DNA of 64,000 bases from Octopus sinensis (taxonomy: Eukaryota). Location: positions 41,602,001 through 41,666,000 of the forward strand of contig NC_043015.1 in assembly GCF_006345805.1 (NCBI RefSeq), read 5' to 3'. The notes beneath the pieces were generated by a model. The model did not search any database, was not told the origin of the DNA, and saw only the letters and a list, made by a program, of their open reading frames with translations. This document shows, piece after piece, positions 1 to 12,812 of this stretch. How positions within the stretch are numbered: the stretch's first letter is position 1; the number at the start of each line of letters is the position of its first letter. A program made the position numbers and the translations under genes.

Positions 1-457
1 TTAAAGGCACAAAACCAATGGTCACTCTCTGACCAGCTATAACAAACAACCTTCCAAAGGTATATATATATGATATATTATATATAGATATAGATAAAAA
101 AATATATATATATACATATACATATATTTATCTTCTGTGTGTATTCTACTGATGAGGCAAAGCATTCATAAATACAAAGTCAGAAGTCCGGATCTAGAAT
201 TATCCAGTAATTTTTTACTAGTTTCATCTTGTCTTTGTTTTTTCTCCGTGTTGATATATGGACAATTAAGGTGGTTTTAGAGTCATATCATGGCTGCTAT
301 TTTCAGCATGGTGGTATCTCATAGATACCCTACTTTATAATTTTAATAATTATTACCTTTGAAGGTTATCTTTTCCATGCTGACCACTTGATAAAATCAT
401 TGTTTTTTTTTGAATTAACGATTCTTATACCTATATATATATATATATATATATTAG

Positions 458-491
<34 letters not shown>

Positions 492-517
492 CATATAATA
501 TAATATATATATTACAC

Positions 518-565
<48 letters not shown>

Positions 566-921
566 TATACATATATATATACATACATATATATATGTAT
601 ATATATATATATGTATTATATATGTATGTATATATATATAATATATATATATATATAGTATATATATATGCATGTGTGTGTATATATATATATAAATATA
701 TAATATATTATATGTATATATACACGTTATGTAGATTTGTACTGACTTGCATTGCAAAAATATTCAATATCAATTACATTCATTGAGAAATTTAGACAGA
801 AAAAATAAAGATATAAATAAAAAATATATATACAAATAATACACGAGAAACCATAAAAGGTAATTTTTAGATATAAAAAAAAAAGAAAAAGAAAAGACTG
901 TTTGAGATAAAGGTGACTTAC

Positions 922-1001
922 TTTGCCATCTTCGAACAATGAAGCAGCATCAGAAATCAGAAATTGGACCCCAAAGTACACAACCAGTGAATGCCAAAGA
1001 G
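922..1001 (-). CDS. ATP11: ATP11 exon, TM7 (ALWHSLVVYFGVQFLISDAASLFEDGK), most 3' exon found
   Basis: tcccag|CT and AAA|gtaagt, 80 nt, phase 1-0. Confidence 0.9.
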
Positions 1002-1206
1002 CTGGGAAAGAGAAAACCCAAACTTTAAATTAGGACAACAACAACAACAACAACTAGAAGAATAAAATTCACATTGAATTACTTGGGTATTTCCCCGACA
1101 TGTAGACAATTCTTCAGACAGAAATAATCTTAAACAATAGAGAAATCTATACAATGAGGTAGAGCCTAATAATTTCATTCAAAAGCTGGATATTAAGCAA
1201 TGAACA

Positions 1207-1251
1207 CACTACAACTAACAGTTTCACCATCTGTCAGCTCATCAGGTAATG
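1207..1251 (-). ncRNA. Type I hammerhead motif, best unit of a tandem array
   Basis: Minus strand: cattac-CTGATGA-gctgacagatggt-GAAAC-tgtta-GTT-gtagtg; 6-bp helix I. Confidence 0.72.
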
Positions 1252-1644
1252 ATAATGAATCAACAGCTGATCACATTATAAGTTACAGATTCACCACACG
1301 TCAGTTTATCAAGTGATGAGAGATGAATTACAGATCATGTCATACCTCTTAGTTTCACCATGTCAGTTCATCAGGCAATGATATTAATCACTGTTGATGC
1401 CATTACCTAATATACCAGACAAATTGAGATTAAGAGGGTTGTTTCTCAACCAGATGGTTTTTGAGTTCAGTCCCACCTTGGGCAACTATCTTCTACTTTA
1501 GCCTTGGGCTGACCAAGGCCTTGTGAGTGGATTTGATAGAGGGAAACTGAAAGACTACTGTCATTTATACACATATGTGTGTATCCACATTCAAACATGC
1601 TTTCTAATCTGTCGCTGGGCTGATAGTGGCAAATTATGTATGTA

Positions 1645-2023
1645 TACTCTTTTACTTGTTTCAGTCATTTGACTGCGGCCATGCTGGAGCACCGCCTTTA
1701 ATCGAGCGACTCAACCCCGGGACTTATTCTTTTGTAAGCCCAGTACTTATTCTATCGGTCTCTTTTGCCGAACCGCTAAGTAACGGGGACATAAACACAC
1801 CAGCATCAGTTGTCAAGCAATGCTAGGGGGACAAACACAGACACATAAACATACACACACACATATATATATATATACGACAGGTTTCTTTCAGTTTCCG
1901 TCTCACAAGGCTTTGGTCGGCACAAGGCTATAGTAGAAGACACTTGCCCAAGGTGCCACGCAGTGGGATTGAACCCGGAACCATGTGGTTGGTAAACAAG
2001 CTACTTACCACACAGCCGCTCCT
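1645..2023 (-). mobile_element. SINE family A copy
   Basis: Reverse complement of the 62077-62518 type. Confidence 0.85.
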
Positions 2024-2093
2024 GATGTATATATATAAATAAATCGAAATCAAAATCAAAGACAAATCAAAGAATATATAGAATGGTATTTAC

Positions 2094-2152
2094 CCAGAAG
2101 GTTCCACTTTAAAAACTGTTTCCCAGACAACAATTTGTTTTTGTAGTATCCT
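2094..2152 (-). CDS. ATP11: ATP11 exon (GYYKNKLLSGKQFLKWNLL)
   Basis: tcacag|A and TGG|gtaaat, 59 nt, phase 2-1; fits both neighbours and resembles the KN.LL....F..W segment before TM7. Confidence 0.88.
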
Positions 2153-2443
2153 CTGTGAAATGAAGGAAAGGTGTTTATGAATATACATAGATAAGTTTGT
2201 ACATACAGACATACACACATGGCTACAGGTACAGGCATAGCTTATATGTACAACTCTGAAAACGAATAAATAGGGTGAGTGGAAAGCAACTCCCTATTTT
2301 AAAATACGGTAGGACCTCGGTTTCCGAACACCTTTGATCACAAATAAATCGTGCTTTACCTCCTGTCCTTCTCATATTCATTTAATACAGTAGTACCTCG
2401 GTTTATGAATGCGTCTGATCATGAAGAAATCATGCCTTATATA

Positions 2444-2847
2444 TACTCTTTTACTTGTTTCAGTCATTTGACTGTCGGCCATGCTGGAGCACCGCCTTTA
2501 GTCGAGCAAATCAACCCCGGGACTTATTCTTTGTAAGCCCAGTACTTATTCTATCAGTCTCTTTTGCCGAACCTCTAAGTGATGGGGATGTAAACACACC
2601 AGCATCGGTTGTCAAGCGATGTTGGGGGACAAACACAGACACACAAACATACACACACACATATATATATATACATATATATACGACGGGCTTCTTTCAG
2701 TTTCCGTCTACCAAATCCACTCACAAGGCATTGGTTGGCCCGAGGCTATAGCAGAAGACACTTGCCCAAGATGCCACGCAGTGGGACTGAACCTAGAACC
2801 ATGTGGTTGGTAAGCAAGCTACTTACCACACAGCCACTCCTGCGCCT
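2444..2847 (-). mobile_element. SINE family A copy
   Basis: Same family as 1645-2023. Confidence 0.85.
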
Positions 2848-3004
2848 ATATATACATAAAAAAAACATTTCACAACTTGCAAACTAAACACAGCGATGTC
2901 ACTCAGCACACTGCCTCATGAAGGCCACTGCTAGCTCTCACTGTGCACACAATCATGTGCTGTCACCTGTTGGTGCACTGCAGAACTAGTCTGGTAACTA
3001 GGCT

Positions 3005-3730
3005 AAGGCGGCAAGCTGGCAGAATCGTTAGCACTCCAGTTGAAATGCTTAGTGGTATTTCGTCTGATGCTACATTCTGAGTTCAAATTCCGCCATGTCA
3101 ACTTTGCCTTTCATCCCTTCAGGGTCAATAAAATTAAGTACCAGTTATGCACTGGGGTCGATGTAATTGACTTAATCCGTTTGTCTGTCCTTGTTTGTCC
3201 TCTCTGTGTTTAGTCCCTTGTGGGTAGTAAAGAAATAGGTATTTCGCCTGTCGCTACGTTCTGAGTTCAAATTCCGCCGAGGTTGACTTTGCCTTTCATC
3301 CTTTCGGGGTCAATAAAATTAAGTACCAGTGACACACTGGGGTCGATGTAATTGACTTAATCCCTTTGTCTGTCCTTGTTTGTCCCCTTTATGTTTAGCC
3401 CCTGGTGCGCAATAAAGAAATAAGAAACGTTAGCAAGTCGGGCGAAATGCTTAGCCTTTCATCCTTTCGGGGTCGATAAATTAAGTGGGGTCTCGTGCCT
3501 AGAGTAGAAATGATTATTATTAGCTTGGTGAGCTGGCACAATCATCAGCACGTCGGGTGAAATCCTGAGCAGGATTTTGTCTGCCGTTACGTTCTGAGTT
3601 CAAATTCCGTTGAGGTCAACTTTGCCTTTCATCCTTTCGGGGTAGATAAATTAAGTATTAGTTTATGCACTGGGGTCGATGCAACCAACTTAATCCTTTT
3701 GTCTGTTCCCTCTATGTTTAGCCCCCCCCT
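3005..3730 (+). mobile_element. Cluster of SINE family B copies (tRNA head, MetaSINE-like centre)
   Basis: gagctggcagaa..gttcaaattcc..gactttgcctttcatcctttcggggtcgataaattaagtacc, repeated 3-4 times. The Meta-domain resemblance is from memory, not aligned. Confidence 0.78.
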
Positions 3731-3734
3731 TTTT

Positions 3735-4085
3735 TTTACTCTTTTACTTGTTTCAGTCATTTGACTGTGGCCATGCTGGAGTACCACCTTTAGTCGAGCA
3801 AATCGACCCCAGGAGTTATTCTTTGTAAGCCTAGTACTTATTCTATCAGTCTCTCATGCTGAACCGCTGAACGTAAACACACCGGCATCGTTTGTCAAGC
3901 GATGTTGGGGGTGGGGGACAAACACAGACACACAAACATACACACACACACACACAAACATATATACGATGGGCTTCTTTCAGTTTCCATCTACCAAATC
4001 CACTCACAAGGCTTTGGTCGGCCCGAGGCTATAGTAGAAGACATTTGCCCAAGGTGCCATGCAGTGGGACTCAACCCGGAACCCG
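3735..4085 (-). mobile_element. SINE family A copy
   Basis: Same family; head truncated and followed by a family B tail. Confidence 0.8.
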
Positions 4086-4409
4086 GAACTACGCCTTTAT
4101 TGTGGGCAATAAAGAAATAAGAACTAGTCGGGTAACTTTTGGATACCATTTTGTGCAACAGCTGAAACTTATTGAAAGCAACAATCAAGATGAGGACACT
4201 AGTTGGACTAATATAAGTAACGTACATGAGTTTGGTGAGCAAATGCCATGTGTGGGTACATGCATGTCTATTTCATTATCAAAGTACATATGAATGTTTT
4301 CGTTGGTGACTGAAGTACACCCATGTGTCTATTGCACGTGTGTTTCTCTCCCAGGTAGATTTAATTGATGCTTTTGTAAACGTAATTGACACAACAGGTG
4401 AGAACTTAC

Positions 4410-4537
4410 CTGTAAATGGTGGGAATGGTCATCAGTTCTGCACAGTTGATGTCTTGCTCAAAGAGTCCATAGATGAAGATAGGTAATGAAGTGAATGTGA
4501 TGTTGTAGAACATAAGAAGGAAGCTTTCAAATAATGA
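4410..4537 (-). CDS. ATP11: ATP11 exon, TM6 (SLFESFLLMFYNITFTSLPIFIYGLFEQD...)
   Basis: tgccag|TCA and AG|gtaagt, 128 nt, phase 0-2; YN..FTSLP motif. Confidence 0.96.
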
Positions 4538-4714
4538 CTGGCAAAAATAAATAATAGAATAAACAAAAGTTTATATATGCGTATATATATGCGTGTGTGA
4601 ACTTACCCATAGTGGCAAAAGTATACTTCCAAAATTTCCCATCATATGACGGGTAATATGCTAGTATGTATATTTATAACTAAAAGTGAAAATATTATTA
4701 TTAGTATTATTACT

Positions 4715-5232
4715 CTTGAGTGAGAGAGCAGCGCATACCATCAAAGTGACACTGGGGTAAAATATACGAAGCCCAATATGCCCATCATGACTACCCGTCT
4801 GATAAGGGTACACCAGGCACATACATCACAACCATATTTGTGCGACATGGTGATCTCATATCAAGATAAACAGCACAGGACCTTGCAGGTGGGGCCCAGT
4901 TAGAATTTTTTTCAGGTCAAGCAACCCATCCTGATCTAAAAGTCTCTGAATGAGGGTTGTTTAAGGATGTTGAACGAACCACCCATGTTTCCAAAGGTGA
5001 ATTATCCAAACCCCAAAGAATCCCTCTCAACACATGGCTATGATGCTCCCCCACTACTTCTGCTCGTGATCAGAGATGCAAATATCGTCAGCCACTAAGG
5101 GACATGGTCAACTGGTTAAGGTCAAACAACTGACAAGCAAATCTGTGGTATTGAACAGATTATTTGCTGTAGCCCATCTTTTATACCAATACAAAACAAT
5201 GTACATGATAACACTTTCAATCAGTTAAGATC
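4715..5232. repeat. Unclassified interspersed repeat
   Basis: Matches 58342-58612; its end (aatgtacatgataacactt..aagatc) recurs at 60512-60545. Confidence 0.75.
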
Positions 5233-5755
5233 TATTATTATTATTATAATTTTATTATTATCATTATTATTATTATTATTATTATTATCATTATTATTAT
5301 TATTATTATTACCATTATTATTACTAGCACAAAGGACAACTTCCATGTAAGCAAAAATATATTCACATTTAAGTATCCAGTGAGATATATTTTTCTCTCA
5401 ATGACTTCAATGACTTAACAGCACCAGTGAAGCATGCACAACTGAATCAGGCATTGGTAGCAATAAATGGTAGTTGGTTCCGAGGAGTCTTTGGTCACAT
5501 TCAACAGGGCATCCATTTTCGATGATTTCTGGGCTTTGATCTCATGATTGAGCTTGTTCCAGAGATTTACAACCAGATGAAACCAGAGAATTGTGCAGGT
5601 AATGATGTTAGCTTAAATTATTGTTATTGTTATTATTATTATTATTATTATTGTCGTCGTTATTATTGTTATCAGAAAAAGGAACTGGGGTGATTGAAAG
5701 TGTGTCGTGTTTGAGAGAAAATGATTTGAATGAAAATTGTGGAATAATATCTTAC

Positions 5756-5815
5756 CTGCTGAGAGAATGTATTGAAGTAGCCGTAATATATCTGTGTCGT
5801 GATGAATGCTATGTT
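5756..5815 (-). CDS. ATP11: ATP11 exon (NIAFITTQIYYGYFNTFSQQ)
   Basis: tcccag|AAC and CAG|gtaaga, 60 nt; continues YFFYK-N..F...Q...FSQQ. Confidence 0.94.
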
Positions 5816-6423
5816 CTGGGAGGATGGAACCAAAACAAAAAAAAACAAAGAAAAAGAAAAAAAGATGTATATACATGCAAACATATCATATCATATATGT
5901 GTGTGTGTGTGTATGTACATATATGTGTGTGTGTGTCTATATACATTTACAGGTATATGTAAATACGTCTATGTATATATACATATAAGTGTGTATGTGT
6001 CTATATATATATATTGTCTATGTGTGTATATACATATATATATATGTATTATATATATATATATATACTTGATAAGTGTAAGCACCTGTATATAACATGT
6101 GTACCACGATATCCTTTGTGTTTTTAATTTATGTTTGATATATATATATATATGTCTATATGAGAGAGATATCTATACATACTTATACAGACAGACACAT
6201 ATTTATGTACATGTGTAAGACTACCACCACCACCACCACCACCACCATCACCACCAGCAACAACAATATTATCACCATTCATACCACTGCCACCATTGAC
6301 ATTTTGTGTTCAGTTTCTATCCTTGCATAGCTTGGTTGGGTCACCCTGATTCCAAACCGGTTATTTCACAGTAACTGTCCTCAAAGGTGAAGTGGAGGAT
6401 CTTGTCTCACTCATTTTATTTTT

Positions 6424-6732
6424 TTGCTTAAATTTTTGGATTGGTTTTTAATGGGTGGAATCCCTTTTCCAATGCCAACCATTTCACAGGCAACCCCTGT
6501 ATTTGGGTTGGGGAAAAACAGATTCTTAAAAACTCCAAATGTTAAAAATCCGTTCATCATGATATTCAGGCTGCGACAGGTAGTCAAAAACATCACCTCG
6601 TGGATCAAATGCATGGTAAGCTTCAGCACAGTTTCCACCCACCATTTACAAAGCAATGGTCAAACCAAGGATATGTTAGAAGACATTTTTTCATGGTGCT
6701 GTTCAGTGGGAATGAACCTGAAATCACTGTGA
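6424..6732 (+). mobile_element. Degenerate Gypsy-type integrase-like relic
   Basis: IPFPMPTIS...HHLQSNGQTK resembles the integrase core ending YHPQSNGQTE; no DDE triad verified. Confidence 0.4.
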
Positions 6733-6804
6733 AATGAATTTCTTAACCACACTGCTATTCATACCCCCACCCCCATACCATATAAATAAAAATAAATGCA
6801 CCCT

Positions 6805-7050
6805 TTTAAAGCCTAGCCAGGCTCATGGGCCCGGTTTCCCGGTTTCAATGGCATATGTGTTCCCCAGCTGGATGGGATGCCAGTCCATCGCAGTGTTACT
6901 CATTCTTGCCAGCTGAGTGGACTGGAGCAACGTGAAATGAAGTGTTTTGCTCAAGAACACAACGCGTCGCCCGGTCCAGGAATCGAAACCACAATCTTAC
7001 GATCATGATGCTGACACCCTAATCACTAAGCCACGTCACGTGCCTCCACT
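6805..7050 (-). mobile_element. tRNA-derived SINE family E
   Basis: Minus strand: tggcttagtgatt..gtttcgattcc..tgttcttgagcaaaacactt..tgcgatggactggcatcc; starts about 40 nt from the exon 7089 donor. Confidence 0.75.
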
Positions 7051-7088
7051 CCCCCATACCATATAGATGAATAGTATTAAATACAAAC

Positions 7089-7234
7089 CTTATAGAAAAA
7101 ATACTGGACGAGGTTGGCCACCCGGACATAGTAGTAGTGGCCATGTTTAAGTAGGGCTGGAATCAGGAATCGGAACTGTGAAAATGCGTAATCACTGCAC
7201 CGCACCGCTTGTCTGCCTTCTTTGCCAAACAATC
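7089..7234 (-). CDS. ATP11: ATP11 exon ([22 protein letters not shown]...[19 protein letters not shown])
   Basis: ttccag|GA and AAG|gtttgt, 146 nt, phase 1-0; GKEGRQA and YFFYK motifs. Confidence 0.96.
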
Positions 7235-8447
7235 CTGGAAGAGGAACGGTGAGAGGAATGAATTTTATGGTGAAATGATAGAGAGGAAGAGTGGGAGGAA
7301 GTTTGTGAGGGATAGTACTGAAAGCGGGTGGGGGTGGGTTAGATGTTTGGGGTTATGGGGTGGGGGTGGACAGCAATGATAGTAACAACAACAGGAACAA
7401 AAACAACAACTGATGCAGCAGAATTAGTAACAAGGATGAAAGCAGGGATGGCTACAAGAACAACAACAAAAACAGCAATGACAGTAGAAGCAAGAACAAC
7501 GACAACAACAAAAGCAACAAAAACTACAGCAACAACATAAACAAAAATGACAGCAGCAACAACAACAACAAAAAAATAACAACTAATAAAGCAGCGACAA
7601 CAGCAGCAGCAGCAGCCGTCCAAGAATTTGGACCTGGAGATCTCCATTTCCAGCGACTTCTAGGGCCACCTTCCAGTGATGTCGGGCGTCAACGAAGAGC
7701 CCTCGACTACAACAAGACGACCAAAGTTTTTTTTCCAAGGTCTGGGGTCTCCCGCCCCTAAGCCCTAGACCATCACCTAATCACCCTTACCCATCTTGTT
7801 GCTTAACAACAACAGCAGCAGCAGTGGAGGCGCAATGGCCCAGTGGTTAGGGCAGTGGACTCGCGATCGTAAGAACACAGTTTTGATTCCCAGACTGGGC
7901 ACTGTGAGTGTTTATTGAGCAAAAACACCTAAGCTCCATGAGGCTCTGGCGGAGGGTGGTGGTGAACCCCGCTGTACTCTTTCACCACAACTTTCTCTCA
8001 CTCTTTCTTCCTACTTCTGCCACAAAGCAGAGGAATCGTGGTGTAACCACACTATGGTGTGGTAAACTTTCAGATCCTAGTCTAGATTGCGAATCCTCTG
8101 TACCCCTGGATGGTTCAGCTCTCCACCCATTAAAAACCATCATTTACGGAATGAGGATAACAATGTAGCTTTCGCAGCCGTGCAACCGCCAGTCTATCGC
8201 GTGTGGTGGGTGGATCTTCAAGTTGCCACAAGCATTCTTAGTAGCTTAGAGTAGGCTCGAAAGAGAGATTATTCTTTGTGGCTAATGGCGTGTGTTCTGA
8301 TTAGCAGAAGGAGGAGGAGGAGGAGGAGGAGGAGGAGGAGGAGAAGAAGAAGAAGAAGAAGAAGAAGAAGAAGAAGAAGAAGAAAAGAAGAAGACAACAG
8401 CAGCAATGACAACAACAACATCAAGCAAGTGTTTGACTGGAACTTAC

Positions 8448-8550
8448 CAAGTCCCACATGGGCTTCTTGGATCATACTGACATCATTAGCACCATCACCA
8501 ATGGCAGCAGTTATGGGCCTTAATTTCGATGTCTTTATTAAATTTACTAT
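8448..8550 (-). CDS. ATP11: ATP11 exon (IVNLIK...[20 protein letters not shown])
   Basis: ttgcag|ATA and TG|gtaagt, 103 nt, phase 0-1; GDGAND motif. Confidence 0.98.
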
Positions 8551-9344
8551 CTGCAATGTCACAATAAAAAAGGGGAAAAGGCATTCAGTATATATTTACT
8601 CATGTATAGTCATGTATAAGTAAAACCCGTCTTTGCCCGTCCTTGTTTGTCCCCTTTATGTTTAGCCCCCTGTGGGCAATAAATAAATAAGTATTGTCAA
8701 TTCTTTCAGTTAAAAATCAAATCTAAAAACAGAGCAATTTATACATTATTTACATTTGACAGATATTTAAATTTAAATCAATACGTTATCTAACTGGCAA
8801 AGGCCACTGCAGTAAATTATTTTCTGCAGTATCATTTGTTTCTGGTAACTTAGCACGCCGAAACGAAGACATTTGAATAGTAACCATGAGTGTAATGGGT
8901 AGAACTGTATACAAGTATGACTTTGTACAGACGTCCTAGTATACAGTTCTGCAAATTATATCCATCTGGACGGTCACACCGATGATCTACGGACATTTAC
9001 GCAAGTAAAATTATGTAATATGGTAATAGTGAAACATGTATGTGAATAATCCATATTTTTATTGCTTTTCTTTTGTCTTGCTCAATTACGTTTTGGTTGT
9101 TTGCTAAATTTTTCTTCAGAAAATTTCTTAGTGGTAAGACCATAGCAGATCTACTTCTAGCATAAGGATTGTCCACAGAGTGGTTATCCCTCTTATATGT
9201 ATATTATATATATATGTAAAATTAAAATTAAAGCTTCTGGTGTTTGCTAAATTTTCTACAGAACAATTCTTAGTGGTAAGACCATAGTGGATCTTCTTCT
9301 AGCATAAGGGTTTCCACATAGTGGTAAATTCCCTCTTATATGTG

Positions 9345-9355
9345 TAATATATGTG

Positions 9356-9398
<43 letters not shown>

Positions 9399-9494
9399 AT
9401 ATATATGTACATATATATATATATATATATATATGTACATATATATATATATATATATGTACATATTATATATATATATATATATATGTACATA

Positions 9495-9531
<37 letters not shown>

Positions 9532-9651
9532 TATATGTACATATAATATATATATATATATATATGTACATATATCTATATATATATATATATATATATA
9601 TAATATGTACATATATATATGTACATATATATATATATATATATATATTAC

Positions 9652-9682
<31 letters not shown>

Positions 9683-9693
9683 TATTATATATA

Positions 9694-9731
<38 letters not shown>

Positions 9732-9790
9732 ATAACATATAATATATATAATACATATATACTATATATATATACACATATATATGTATA
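9345..9790. repeat. Long (TA)n tract with tgtaca interruptions
   Basis: Directly visible; one of many TA tracts in the window. Confidence 0.97.
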
Positions 9791-9853
9791 TATCATGCTA
9801 CCAGACTGTAGAAATCCCTGGTGTTGCCAAGATGTAGTAATGAGATTCATTAC

Positions 9854-10007
9854 CGATGCTTTTTGCAGTGGAATCAGACGACAGCAGAGAACTGTTGAGC
9901 ATTCCATGCAGAGGGTGCGCAGATCTTCCTTGTTGTGTTTCAGCAGAATGGTAAGCGTAGAACCATCAACGATCAGAACATACCTGGAGCCATATGACAG
10001 TTTGTCA
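9854..10007 (-). CDS. ATP11: ATP11 exon ([18 protein letters not shown]...[13 protein letters not shown])
   Basis: Polypyrimidine tract then ttccag|T; TCG|gtaatg; 154 nt, phase 2-0; VLCCR..PLQKA motif. Confidence 0.94.
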
Positions 10008-10307
10008 CTGGAAGATGAAGAGGAAAGAGTAAGTCAGAGTGAACTGGTGAGGGATGGTCATGGGGTGAACAGGGCCATGTGTCTCTTTATACACACACAC
10101 ACACACATACATACACAGATATATCATCATCATCATCATCATCGTTTAACGTCTGCTTTCCATGCTAGCATGGGTTAGACGGTTTGACTGTGGGCTAGCG
10201 AACCAGATGGCTGTACCAGGCTCCAGTCTTGATCTGGCAGAGTTTCTCTACAGCTGGATGCCCTTCCTAACGTCAACCACTCCGAGAGTGTAGTGGGTGC
10301 TTTTATA

Positions 10308-10358
<51 letters not shown>

Positions 10359-10974
10359 GAGGGCATTATTATACATAGATGCCACACGCTAAGAGGGACA
10401 AAAAGTCATTTCTACCAAAAATTTTACTAATCCCACCGAATGCAATCTTTCAAAGCAAGACATTTAAAAAATATATATATATATGTATATATAGTAGTAA
10501 CAGAAAAGAGGAATTTCGGGTGTCCCCACGTGGTGGGTTGTAATATATATAATAAATTAAAAAGGAAAATACGCATACATACATGGTTTTAATATAATTT
10601 TTAATATATCGACCGGTTTCCCTATCGCTATTCATGATATTATGCTTAATTTATTTGAATATATATTTTTTCTTAAGAAGAAATTTGGTCCATGTTGTGT
10701 GTGATGAAATTCATGAGTGAATGACTTCACATATATATTGGCCTGCTCACTTAGCCAGCGGGGTGGTGTCATTTGAAGGCTAAATCAATGTAAAGCGCAT
10801 TGTGACCAGCGATGTGTAGTAACATCTGATAGTATAGTCAGTCACATGATCACGTGATATATATATATTTATACAGAGTGGGTGGAAAGTAACTTAGGCA
10901 TTAGAAATTGCTTACAAAATTTTTAGTATTACTGAAGTCACGATGAAAACATTTTTTAAACAGACAACACTGAT

Positions 10975-11189
10975 ACTCTTTTACTTGTTTCAGTCATGTG
11001 ATAGTGGCCATGCTGGAGCACTGCCTTTAGTCGAGCAAATCGACACCCAGAACTTATTCTTTGTAAGCCTAGTACTTATTCTATTGGTCTCTTTTGCCGA
11101 ACCACTAAGTTACAGGGATGTAAACACACCAGCATTGGTTGTCAAGTGATATTGGAAGGACGAACACAGACACACAAACTTATACACAC

Positions 11190-11246
<57 letters not shown>

Positions 11247-11310
11247 TACGATGGGCTTCTTTCAGTTTCTGTCTACCAAATCCATTCACAAGGCTTTGGT
11301 TTTCTTGAGG
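10975..11310 (-). mobile_element. SINE family A copy, partial
   Basis: Tail and centre match the family. Confidence 0.78.
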
Positions 11311-12011
11311 CTATAGTATTTAAATAACGACCTTATCCTTATTTATATAAATTTATATATATATATATATATATGTATATATAGGTATATGTATGTATGT
11401 ATGTATGTATGTATATATATATATATATATATGTATATATAAGTGTGTGCATGTGTGTTTGTGTCTGCTTCATAACTGGTGTTGGTGTGTTTGCATGCCT
11501 TTAACCTACCATGTTGGAAAAAGAGACTGACAGAAAAGTAGAGTACCAGGCTTGAAAAATAAGTACTGGGGTCAATTCATTTGACTAAAAATTCCAGGTG
11601 GTGCCCCAGCATGGCCAAAACAGGTAAAAGATGAAAGATATAGATATACACATATATATTGGGCTTCACGGAGGAAATGACCAAGTCCATTTGGCATTTT
11701 GCCATGTTTGAGAAGAAGACCCATCAAGCCAAGTAAGACCATAGTCATGGCAGATGCTGGTGTCACACAAATGGCACCTGTGCCGGTGGCACGTAAAAGC
11801 ACCCATTACATTCTTGGAGTGGTTGGCGTTAGGAAGGGCATCCAGCTGTAGAAAACCATGCCAAATCAGACTGGAGTCTGGTGCAACCTTCTAGTTTACC
11901 AGCCCCTGGTCAAACTGTCCAACCCATGCCAGCCTGGACAACGGTTGTTAAATAACAAGGATGACGATGATGATGATGATGATATATATCATATATATCA
12001 TACAAAAGGTA

Positions 12012-12230
12012 TCGAGCTGGCAGAAACGTAAGCACGCCGGGCGAAATGCTTAGCAGTATTTCGTCTGCCGTTACGTTCTGAGTTCAAATTCCGCCGAGGT
12101 TGACTTTGCCTTTCATCCTTTCGGGGTCGATTAATTAAGTACCAGTTACGCACTGGGGTCGATTTAATCGACTTAATCCATTTTGTCTGTCCTCTCTGTG
12201 TTTAGCCCCTTGTGGGTAGTAAAGAAATAG
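12012..12230 (+). mobile_element. SINE family B copy
   Basis: Full-length match to the family. Confidence 0.8.
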
Positions 12231-12458
12231 ATATATATCATACAACATGGAATACTCGTGTACAATACTCAGAGTTTCATGGCAAGCCATAGGTATGGGG
12301 TTATCCAATTTCCAGTCAGTAACCAATGCAGTAACAACCATGAGCCAGTGGTTGTGTGAAACCATTACAAGACGCTATATATATTTCATACACACACACA
12401 CGCAGAAACATTTAAAGAACAAAACAAACCCCTTTATACAGAAAGCTGTGATTCTTAC

Positions 12459-12628
12459 TTGACTATGTCTAGATGTTTCCTTAATTCTATTTGACAGTCT
12501 ACGATATCCGAGCTGTTGGAGATTTTGAAATTGGTGAGGCGAAGTTCAAAGGAACCTTCTTGAAAATGGCCAGCAGAATAACTTATATTTACAGCAGTTT
12601 CCTCTTTATCTCCAGTCAGGACCCAGAT
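12459..12628 (-). CDS. ATP11: ATP11 exon (IWVLTGDKEETAVNISYSAGHF...)
   Basis: tgccag|ATC and AA|gtaaga, 170 nt, phase 0-2; WVLTGDK motif. Confidence 0.97.
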
Positions 12629-12812
12629 CTGGCAATGAGAAAGAAGACAATACAATTAGTTTAATGCTCAGGAAGTATGGAAAAGTATTTTACGTTTTGA
12701 GCCTATGCTCTTCAACAGAAAGGATTAAGAGAGAAAAAAATGTGCAGAGTTCAATGGTCCAACATGACAAGATGACCATACACGTACACACACAGACACA
12801 CACACACATATA

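Noticed and set aside
1645-4130. Regularly recurring repeats suggesting a CRISPR-like array
   Set aside because: They are dispersed SINE copies in eukaryotic intronic DNA, with no constant repeat-spacer period and no cas genes.
5470-5600. Minus-strand frame WFHLVVNLWNKL as a possible ATP11 exon
   Set aside because: The exon chain is already complete across this region; it looks more like a CR1/L2 3' relic, too short to call.
8899-8952. 14-bp hairpin gtagaactgtatac/gtatacagttctgc
   Set aside because: Short, single, and without a family or functional motif.
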